DNA of 64,000 nucleotides from Trichoplax adhaerens (lineage: Eukaryota; Animalia; Placozoa), in the NCBI RefSeq assembly GCF_000150275.1, contig NW_002060943.1, positions 5,724,008-5,788,007 on the forward strand. The letters are read 5' to 3'. Below the pieces are notes generated by a model that saw nothing but the letters and a program-made list of their open reading frames with translations, did no database searches and was not told the DNA's origin. Numbering within the stretch: the stretch's first letter is position 1; each line of letters begins with the position of its first letter. Of this stretch, positions 53,137 to 64,000 are shown in pieces. A program made the translations under genes and the position numbers.

Positions 53137-54470
53137 AAACTGCTGTTAAAATAATACATTGTTATTACATTGATACTACTTCAAGTAATCTTTACCACCA
53201 CTGGCATGTCACAATAGACTTTTTATACACTGTAATGTTGCTGTTATACACTCGAATACGTAGTATACTCATACTGCCATAGCTATAATACCTACTATAC
53301 TTGTTAACGTCCATTTTACGTTCGTATCGCCTTTGATTCGATCACAATCTATGATCTTATTTTATTTTACAATACAAAATTGAATAAGTCATCCCTGTTG
53401 TGTAGCATACCGAAACTAGTATGTACGTAATTGTAACTGATAGTAGCTGCAATGATTAAAACGAACCAATGCGAGGTTATATTTGTATTTCGGAGTAAAT
53501 TGACCTCGATTTAATGCTTCTATATTCGTAAAATTTGCTAATAAAAAACTAAATTTAAGGATCCACCGATAAATAATGTTTCTGATGTTTTATTATATTT
53601 ATTCGTCTTTTACAGCACCTCTTCAATTCTACATTAGCTTTAACATACGATTTGCAACGTAAACTGTATTCATCAAATACTACATATATGCAATACTAGA
53701 TTGCAATGAACTTGATTAGGCATTGTTATAAGTTTATTGAGGTGTGTATAGTGGTGCCTACTACGGCCTATTAAATAAAGCGGGTACAAGTGCAGCTACT
53801 GCCGTTGCTATAAATTGCGTAGTTGAAGAATAAGAAAAATATAATATAATCTGTGTACAATTTAAATTCGTATCTGCCACCCTTACATAATGCACAACAT
53901 GTTAGAACACACTCACTTTATCTACATGGAGTGGCTAGTGCAATTTCATAATGTTCCACAATCACATCATCATATCCGACTTAGTATAACCATGAGAGAC
54001 TGCAATAATTTTAGAGGAAGTGCAATAAAGACAGCATACTAATATATGCATAAGACAAATTATTTTATATGACGGCATTTTGTCCCAATACTTATGGGAT
54101 AAACCTATTAATACAACATTAAGAACGCGTGATGAAGTACCCCAATCATACACCGTGCTTTAATCCACTTAAATAATGACTAGGATAGAAATGAAATGTG
54201 ACTGCTATTGTACTGCTATCTAATCTCATGGGCCATATATAAGCTAATATAAGCCTCTGGAAAGCTGTCAGAAGCACTCATAATGCTCCCAAAATATTCA
54301 TACGCAATGTGGTCATTTTAACCAGAAATCAAGCAGTGTCATTAGTTGTAATTACTTTAGAAAACTAATTTATACGTATTCTTTATCAGAAAAGAAAGTT
54401 TTTAGCCAGCAGTCTTTACAAGTCTAACAGTAAGTGCCTCATAAAGCAATTTGGAATATTCTTAAAAAAT

Positions 54471-57400
54471 ATGGTATTGAAAACTTTTTCAATTTTCTAC
54501 TTTGGTCTAATTTAAAATTTCTTCATCATCGTTATCTGTGGAAATTGGGTAATAATTTATGATGGTAAGAGCGATTGCCCAAGCCATTGTAAGTGTAGTG
54601 TATTACCACTAGTCTTTCTTAAATAAAACCGAAGCCAAATTTTATTTAAAAAATCGGCCACTTTACAGTCAATCTGCACAAAACTAAATTTCTAGTGCAG
54701 AGATAATATCATAAAGCTATTTTGCCTTGCCTTTGGAAAATTATCATCTACAAGATAAGGGGAATACACTGACTTGATGAGCTCTCCGTTACATAGAGCA
54801 ACAAAATAGCTCTATGGTTGAGGTAATTTATCAATTTTATTATTCGAAAGAACATAACAGCTAATTGATTATTTCAATGATCCGTTTCTAATTTCAATTA
54901 TATCATGAAGTTATAAACTATAATGACAGTCTTGATCTAGATTTTATTACATATTTCTAAAAGTTTTTATACTAAAGTAAGGTAACCGAATCAATTGATT
55001 GTTGGAATAATATTAATTAAAAGGGCTTAATTCCTTTTTATAGCTCGATTAGCCTTGCTACCACTACGGAAAAGGACGATAATAAGTTCTGTTAACTGTT
55101 ATGGATTTGAGCCAAGTGTTGACTACCGCACTGCAAGCAATACTCTGTCTAATTATTCATTATCGTTGATTTGCCAAATATCTTGTCATCCTGGGCAATC
55201 GTGTAACAGTATATCAATAAATATTCAGTTCAGTTATTTAATTTTCCTTTATATCTCGGAAAGAATTGAAACTCTACACCCTGCACTTATAAAATAAATC
55301 TATTTTAGGGGTAGTAGGTATACATTAACTAAATATCGATTGATTTTACAGGTTTACAATAGCCAGTAACAACGAGCCTCAGCACTGCTCACTTCAATAG
55401 GGTCTCTGACCCTGGATAGCTACAAGTAACAAAACCTTGGATTTGGCATCCCATCGATGATACCAGTAGCAGACACTTTCAGTCTTTTTCCGAACAAAAT
55501 CGTTAGTACATACTGTATCAATAACTTCACGGCTACTACTGTAATAGCTGTAATATTTTCATGATACGTCTCCCATTAATGCGATCTTTGACCATTTGTA
55601 TTTCATGGCTAAATTTTGCATAACCCCCTGTTTTTGGTACTGTAGTTCTTCAATCACGATTCACATACGCTAAGTTATACTGTTTCAAAACTGATATCTC
55701 AAATTAGTATTTCAATCCATTCGAGATTTTTCCTATGCTTACGCATATCGATCTACCGGTAGCTTTGCTCAAATTGAAGCAACGCTAACTAACCCTCAAA
55801 TAGATGGAAGATCATTAAGCCGGCAAAATGTAAGTACAATGGCATTATCGTCTATAGTAATGGAAGTTGGCGAAGTCAAATATTACTGAATACAATTACA
55901 ATTACTGTATTATTTATGGATTTAAGTGTCAGGTTACATTCAAATATTTTGTAATGGGTGACAACTTTAGATCTCTATCGCATATATATTATATATCTTT
56001 AATTTTATCGTATACTAAATTACTGTTATCCTTTCATCAGAACGCACGCTAATGGCAAGAATCGAAGATATATTATTCGATACAATTTATGATTTATTCA
56101 TTTGAAACTGGGGTTTCATTTGAAAACTGCTTTTAATTGTTAATAAGGGCTTTTCTGAAAGCATTCGTACATTACCACCGTAACATTAAAATAAGCTTAC
56201 GCGGAATTAGTGCTGGTGGTTGAATAATAATATTTCAAAACTTTTTTAGCTTAAAATTTCTTATAGTTAAAACATAAAATCCTCATCTTCAGCTTCAAGT
56301 GTTGGAATCAGAAATATAATTTTGCTCTATTCACCTTGATTAACTATACCTACTCCAGGTACGTTTAGAAGCGTTAATACATAGAGCTGTTGCCGGCTAA
56401 ACTGAAAATTGAGCAAAACTATAATTATTCTTTAAATGCGGTAGGCTATACCACACCTGTCAATATTACTGACATAGTTGCTGGATACATCGCTTCTATC
56501 GTGTTAATTATCATAGCCGCAACTACAGCAATTAATTATTGGTCATGACGATACTATTAGACAAATTCGAACGGAAGAACTGCTACTGGTGTTGAAAATT
56601 CTGAAGTTTCTGATACAAAAATGAATAGTACTCCACTATTTACTACGTAATGAATACTGACAGCACACAACAACCTGGAGTAATAACATTTGGAATCAAT
56701 TCTTTTATTAACTATTTGCATCATTAGCTTATCTACATGTTCTCAATGCTTTCTATGGAAATAGAATAACATTTCTTTCACAGCTGCTCACAAATTCTTT
56801 TAGTAAATATTACTTATGACCACATCTAATGGCGTTTTTATAATTACAGTAAAAATTATGTAATATGCTCGAATCAATTATTTAATATACTCGCAAATCA
56901 AGGTATTTGGCAGAACTCGAATCGCGGTTGTTTATTTGCAATTGACCAGCTTAACTGTGCTTAAAACTAGCTTTTTTGCCATAAATTTTATCAATTTTAC
57001 AATAAGTTACTGAGTTAATGTAATTAAGCTAGTAGCCGAATTATCAATCGATCTTTTGCAATTCTGTATCACTCATGTTGCACTACAGCTCATCCCACAG
57101 AGACAATATCTAAAACATATAGTAATTGGCAAATTTATCGCAGCTAAGCTCATCGAATCGTTATGTTTCAACATCAATATAGGAATGTCTTATTATTAAT
57201 CTATATAATTTCTACCAAAGTATTACCGATTAGGGAGTATACGTAGCTTCATCTCCCTTTACGTTGGCTCAGCCAGTTTATGACCGTGAACAGTGGATAG
57301 CCTCCTTTTACAGTCAGCTACAATTTGTATACTGATATTCAACTTGCAATAAATCCAAATAGTAAGATTTTATTTCTTTGCGTTATTTTCAATGTTTAAA

Positions 57401-57620
57401 TGCTTTAGGAACCGCAGTTGTAGTTATACAGTAGTTTATACCAGGTAATCTTGATGCTAAATCAAATAATGTAAATTGCACTAATTTAGACATATGCATT
57501 ATACACGTTATTGTAAAAGTAATCTATTTTCCATGTTTTTCGTTCATAGTAGCCTCTAAGAATGTGCCATCAATTATCTATGAGAAATAACAGTATAATG
57601 AGCAAACTCAAATTGATATT
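54471..57620 (+). pseudogene. Paralogue G: internally deleted, decayed F-like copy
   Basis: ATG 54471 reads MVLKTFSIFYFGLI*NFFIIVICG...KSDCPSHCKC, aligning with exon 1 of F (TAA at 54513). MAM1 relic GEYTDLMSSPL at about 54760-54822; SRCR2 relic about 55044-55205; MAM2 relics about 55352-55502, 55724-55828 and 56250-56358; TM relic about 56444-56680 with TGA; tail relic about 57230-57335 (GVY...LAQPVY...VSYN, cf. F AVYG...VAQPGY...VSYN). The 3' limit is approximate. Confidence 0.8.
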
Positions 57621-58610
57621 TAAATTATTATGCTGTTATTTATCGCCTATAATATTTTTGCTACCAGTAATATTAACTGTTGCTGGTACAAGATATTGAC
57701 CATTATCTTGAGGTGATGTCAAAATTTAAATGATAGATTAGTAAGGTGGATATCTTGAATTTAAATACGTTGACGTAAAATTATCTTCGATTTGACCCCT
57801 AAAAATTTATTGTTGACTAAGTTCACGGACGGATATCTTCTTTGTGATTGGGTCAAGTGTTGTATGCAAAATTGAGCGGTACTGTTATAGTATTATCGGC
57901 CGATGTTGTGATTCTGATAGTATACTCTATACACTATGCTAAGCACTAGCTCGTGTAGAATTCTATATTTATAAATAAGATTAAAAATAAAATCTAACTA
58001 AAATCCCATAGTGCGGTGTCAGTTATTTACTGTGTTCACAATCAACGAAGTAATAACAGTCTTGGTTCTTAAGATTCATATATTAAACTTATAGCGAATA
58101 ATATATCCTGACTAACATGCTAGCATAATAAATGATTACAAATTGAGCATATCCACATAAATAGATATGTATCATTCGTACAGAAGCTTTATTAACCATA
58201 TTTATGCGAATACTCAAAATTTAACTATCTCTTCCTTAATCATGAGACAGAACCGTAAAGTAACATGTAAAAGCAACGTAATATTTCTGCAATAATGCAA
58301 AATAACAAAGTCTGCACTATATTGTGTAATGAATAGTAATCGGCATAATGATATTAGAATTATAATGTGGTCGACATGGCACGTGATTGTCACAATTGTA
58401 AAGATCAAATTTAGCACCTTGTGAATATATTGTGTACATATGACGTCAAAGATGTAATCTTTGCACCAATATATAATAGTTATCAACGTTTTTATTCTAA
58501 TTGATCAATCAAATTTTACCGATATATATAGAAGTAGTAATACGTGAATTAGGAAGAGATAGTAAATCGATAGACTGAAGGAAATAGCCATATCGTAAAC
58601 GATAACAAAA

Positions 58611-61600
58611 ATGGCATCGAATGTAGAAATGATTGTTCGCGTTTATTTAGGCATGATTATAATTCCTTTACTAGCTACTGGTAGTAAAATAATGTTTAAG
58701 GATGTAAGAGATGATTGTCCAAGCGCCTGTAAATGTAGAGATCAGGAAATTTCATGTAATTATTTGCCTACTGAGAGAGACTTTTTTGTGCCAAAATGGA
58801 CGAAACTTCTGTAAGCAGTTTTATTTCATTTAATTTTTATATCTTGTTTATCAATTACACATTAATTTAGTACAGCAATAGATTAATCGATTGAAAATAT
58901 TAATTTAATACAAACATGTATAAAGTATTATTTTGACTAATAGTACATGCTAATCCTTACTGATACACCATACTTTTGTGGCATTACTGTGCCATCATTA
59001 GAAATTAGAAATTAGCCACCAATCTGCTAATTCATATTTACACAAAGTTTAAAAATCTTACATATCCCTAAAAATAATAGCAAAAATAATCACTAATCAT
59101 AATTTATTGCTTAATCTGTAGTCAAATAATATATTATTCCTATTGATGATTAAAAAATTTTTAAGGAGTATAGTACATAATCAGATCCAGTGCGGCAATT
59201 TAAAATTTTTCATTCATATTGTAAGAAATTACTGAAATTAAAAGTACCAAGTAATTATTATCATTTATTATTGATAAAGCAAATTGACGCTAATAATTAA
59301 TCTACTCAATCTCTGATACAACTTTGTTTATTGGGAAACAAAACTTGCTCACATCAAGAGCAGACTACCATTCACTTATTTTATAGCAATCTTACTAGTG
59401 TTTATTAGCAAGTGATTGTTTAAAGTTTTAGGTATATATGTAGTATATTCTCCACTTCAGCGTTCCTTTACTTTTGGTCATATAGTATTAGAGTAGGCGT
59501 TCTACTTCTAAGGGCATTAACTTCTAATTACGTAAAATTATTATTACTAGTTTCATCATCTCAGAGCCTTATACTCGGCCAGAATTTAAAGAAATCAACT
59601 TTTCCACTTTTCACTTTCCTCCTTAAATGTCTCTTTCTAATAATAACTACTAGATAAATCTTAATAACTGTAATGTCAAATACCACCAATTACCGTGACA
59701 TTCTATATAAACTTGTTTATTACTGCCGACGGTATGCCATGATTCTACTTCTTTAATTTCAGAAGATTGATCATTTTAATATTTAAGATAAAGCTAAAAA
59801 ACATGTAACGGTCTCTTATATATCTAAAATGAAATTGTAGATCTTACATTTTTTTTGGAGCTGTTCTATAAGATGCTGAAATTTATAGAATCAATAGGTT
59901 CAAAGCGTTATATAATGTAGATTGCATGAGTTATAAAGAAATCTCTTATTTATATCCATCCTTATATGTACAATACTCTTACGTAGAGTAAAAGTATAAA
60001 CGTTACCTTGTAAGTGTATTTCAATCTAAAAATCAAAGTGCTAGTATAATCGTAAGGCAGTAGAGCAACTTCGTTGCAATCATTTATCAATATTTGTATT
60101 AAGTCTCCTCAATGACTTAAAGTTAGAGTTAGAAATGATCGCTAGCACTCATTCATCTTTACATTTTATGCGTAAGTAATTATTAAAATTTACAAGTTAT
60201 CTGAGTTTCAATGGAAAGCAATTAGCAATTGTAATTTCTTCGATAAATTTGGTTACAACTGGATCTGTATTGCGACGAAATCATATTAAAAGTATTTTAA
60301 GATCCCTAAATGGCTAAATTAGACCTTTATCTCTTTGCCAATTAACAATCCAACGCCTATCACTGTTTCTATCTAAGCGATATCACGATGATAAAGTAAT
60401 AGATTAACGATATAATAGCGATAAGATTACGATCACCTTTAGCATAGAACTGAAACAATGTAGTAATAACTCAAAGTATATGTGTATTATACTAAATAGT
60501 ACTACAATAATCATTTATCTCTGTTGCGTGTTTTTTTTTATTTCCAATCTTAGAATTACCTATAAAATGATACCCTTTATAAGCAACATGTTTCACTCTA
60601 TTTTTGTATTATTTTAATTGCGTAAATGATTCGAGGTTGAAATATTAACAATACAGGATGCACCTACGAGTATAGTGCAAGATTATACCAAACGGATGAT
60701 ATTATTGGATCGCATACGATCTGTACACGGTATAAAATGAAACTTTTATTTCAATACTGCAAAGGTTAAAAGGAATTAATATGTAAACAACATTTTTATT
60801 TAACTTGTATAATAACTTCAGATTAGAAATAAATTGTCTTAATTCCAAGAAGGCAATAAAATCGAGTAGATCTATTGCCGTATCGAACGCTAACTACTCC
60901 ACATATTAGTACGAGTATATCGCAAGCGGTGTAGGTTTTTGAAAACGTTCTAAACACATAAACTTTTTCTGATGTCGCTATGCTCAGGATCATTAAAAAC
61001 GCCATTTCCTGCGAAGACAAATATCTAGATAGATTGAAGAATTTGATCATCCCCAATCAAATCAAAATAATTGGCAAATGTAGCAAACCCTCAAGTTTGG
61101 CAGGGCGAAGACTATCAAAACTGATCGAAAACAGTCATTCTCTAAGCAAATATTCCCGTAAGGAAAGATCGGACCATACGAGTTATTACTCCTCAATATA
61201 CAATTTCACAGGTTCATAATTTTATTTTACTTATATTTAAGGATACCTGTAAATTACAAATTACAATGCCGACTAGAAATAACATTAATGACTAAGTTAA
61301 AGGCTACTCTCGTATGCTAATAAATTTACCTGCTAAGTCTTTAATATGAATACAAATTTTCTCAGATCCAGCCTACACTACCAGTTGTAACTTTGACATT
61401 GATCTGTGCGGATGGACACAGTTAACTTTAGTCGATTTTTTTAATTGGACTCGCATTAGTGGTTCTACCACAAGCTCAAGTACAGGACCAACCAACGACC
61501 ATACTCTTAAAAATTGTATGGATTACTAACTATAAATGAATAACATGTTGAGGATATTATTAGGCAGGAGTTTGAACTTCAGATCTATTAAAAGCATTTA

Positions 61601-64000
61601 ACTGAATTTAATAGTAATAAACAATGCTTAACTGTTGCTTGGATCTAACTATAGCTTTAGGTTACTACCTTTATACCGAATCATCATGGCCGAGAAAGCC
61701 TGGTGAATATGCTGATTTAATGAGCCCTCCACTAGCTACGGCTTCTAACAGTTCAGTAGTCGAGGTAATATGGAAATAGAGTTAAAAGTATATTGCCAAT
61801 TAGTAAGAATTCAGGTAATATTAGAATTGATATTGTTCTTCATATTAAACGGTACCTATATTTTTGTTTAATTCGTGCTATACCAATAGAAACAATGATG
61901 AGCAAGATACCTATAAATCTTATGCTATAGCATATATACTTTAAAGATCCTAAATTTTGATTAATTTAGTATAATACCTTAGCATGTTGACTAATTTTAT
62001 AAACCAAGTAAGAATACTACCCGTACTAACTCAAATTAATACTACTTAAATTTGAAAAGAGAAAGTGATTAATTATTGAGATTTATAGAATATATAACAT
62101 AAGTTGGTGTCGCCAGATAATAGCAAAATAGGTACCGCATTAGTCGCAACGAATGTTGTAATTCAAATAGTGTAATTAACTTATAGCATACTTTACCTAA
62201 CCGTAAATATTTACTATCACTGTCTCCTTTACAGTCCGTTTTGTGAAATGCTTGCATCAATATTTAAATATCATCATTTTACATTTGATCAACAATTATA
62301 CCTCTTTATAATGCTCGACTTTAGATTAAATTTTACTATCATGCATATGGTTCAAGTTTGGGTAAACTTCAGATATATGCAATGTATCCAAGAATTAAGC
62401 AATCAATATATCCTATCAAGAATGTTAGCTTCTATTCTCTTAATTCATGGCGCTCATTTTCTACAACATTTCGCCCACTTCATAATCCATATCGTGTAAG
62501 TAATGTAACTTACCAGCATTTATCTTTGAACATAATCATTAAATAAATAATATGAGTAAATAAATAATGCTTGACTATGGCATGATATTAATAACTTGAA
62601 TAAAATTGTCTAACTTCAAATATGCTAGATAAAATAAAATCATATTTCGATACGAAATCTACAGGAATTCATATGAGATCATTTATTTTCCATGCTGTAT
62701 AACTAGGTTATTATTCGTGGAGTCGTCGGATCATCATTTAAAAGCGATATTGCCATCGATGATATCTTCGTCTCTGCAAATGGTAAATTATAAAAACAAT
62801 ATTATCTAACATTCGTTGTTCGACAAGATTATTTAGCAATCAAGTCATACAACTATATTTTGACATACTTTTTGGGTACCTCATAAATAGAGAAGCAGTG
62901 CTATACTCGGAATAATGATGTCTATCGAGGGTCAACTTCTACCACCCAGTCTGGTTTAACATGCCAATCATGGAGTTCACAGTATCCTCATTCTCATCCT
63001 TTTACTCCATCAAATTATTCTAACAGCGATCTTATATCTAATTATTGTCGAAATCCCGGTGGAGTGCGCAATGGTCCATGGTGCTATACGATCTCTTCCC
63101 ATCATTCTTGGGAATATTGCAATATACAACTTTGCGCTTCTCCACCTAGCAGCACAGCAGAGTACCCTTTAGGGGGTATGTTATGATATACTGGTAGATA
63201 ATTGAAATAAAGCTAATAATTGCAGTTAAGGACGCTGCATCTCTAATAATATAGATATTAAAATACATTACGCACTATGAGAAAATTTAAATTGAGTTTC
63301 ACTAGTAGTTAAAATGAAGAAAATTATCCTCGAGATCTATGTTAACCAAACATACAGCATAGCTTACAAATATAACTCTTTCGAATCATTGTATATAGCT
63401 TACTTTACTTTATTATTATCGACGACTTAACGATAAATATATTAATTGTTATTGATCACACGTGAGTATAAACACATGGTAAAATATTTTAAATTGAAAT
63501 TTATCATATTTCATTAACTTGCATACTTATATTTCTTACATCTTCATCTCTACGTAGTTCGCTATCCAGTTGCATTAGTTAATTTGGACGATGGTAATCT
63601 TAACGTGGGTCGCGTAGTTATTTATCATAACGGCAGATGGGGTACTATCTGTAAAACGGGACTATCAAATCAAATTATGGGTCTATTTTGTCAGCAAGCT
63701 GGTCTTGGAAACTCAGGCTCTCCACAGAATGGTAGGTTGTATCGCATCGTGGCATTTTATCCTTAATTATTAGTAATTTAACCGATAGATTGCAGTATTT
63801 CACTGTGATATTCGCATCCACATTCGCGTATTATATTTTTCACTAAGACCTACTAAATATATTGATTAGTAAGATTGTTAAAATAAAATCCTATTTTTAC
63901 TCGCTTGCTTTCTTTAGGAATCGTTAATAATAACCATGGGTTTATGTGGCTAGATAGTAACAGCATTTCGTGTTCATCAAACGCAACTTCCCTCATTCAT
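58611..64000 (+). CDS. Paralogue H (3'-truncated by window): SP - LRRNT - LRRCT - RKER - MAM - kringle - SRCR...
   Basis: Exons 58611-58810 (signal + DDCPSACKC), 60988-61211; MAM1 61366-61515, 61655-61764, 62325-62495, 62707-62782; kringle 62891-63175; SRCR1 63558-63731 (GRVVIYHNGRWGTIC), 63918-end. Open frame; most similar to F by eye. Confidence 0.87.

Noticed and set aside
2268-62260. Minus-strand ORFs in the track (e.g. 36849-37307, 37286-37609, 50826-51122, 60823-61056)
   Set aside because: They are antisense shadows of plus-strand exons or short AT-rich chance ORFs with no recognisable motif.
1-64000. Naming the genes neurotrypsin, DMBT1, ROR, meprin/MALRD1 or a Toll-like receptor
   Set aside because: Only individual domains are shared. 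No protease, kinase, CUB/ZP, LDLa or TIR domain is seen in the spliced products, so no gene symbol is justified.
1-64000. Prokaryotic-type systems (CRISPR, operons, IS elements) and RNA genes
   Set aside because: The sequence is spliceosomal-intron eukaryotic DNA; I saw no repeat-spacer array, transposase or RT ORF, or tRNA/rRNA-like segment.

Overview
This is eukaryotic, AT-rich, intron-dense animal DNA with short GT-AG introns. The style resembles a placozoan (Trichoplax-like) genome, but that is an inference. The ORF track shows only exon fragments. Splicing by hand reveals a head-to-tail, all plus-strand tandem array of eight paralogues (A-H) of one type-I membrane receptor family. The full architecture is signal peptide - LRRNT cap - single LRR strand - LRRCT cap - (R-x-x-R site) - MAM - kringle - SRCR - SRCR - MAM - TM - cytoplasmic tail. 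A is cut by the window start and H by the window end. B is complete. C is open from MAM1 to stop but has no recognisable first exons. D is a short intact variant lacking MAM1-kringle-SRCR1. F is complete except for one nonsense codon. E and G are pseudogenes. The ectodomain plan is shared, but the tails carry different motifs: class I PDZ-ligand termini in A and C, PPxY in D and F, and YxxF in B. The N-terminal LRR module has both caps but no repeat array; in D, F and H it has lost one Cys pair and is followed by a convertase-type site. No RNA genes, CRISPR arrays or recognisable mobile elements were seen. All exon coordinates come from manual reading and need RNA-seq confirmation.
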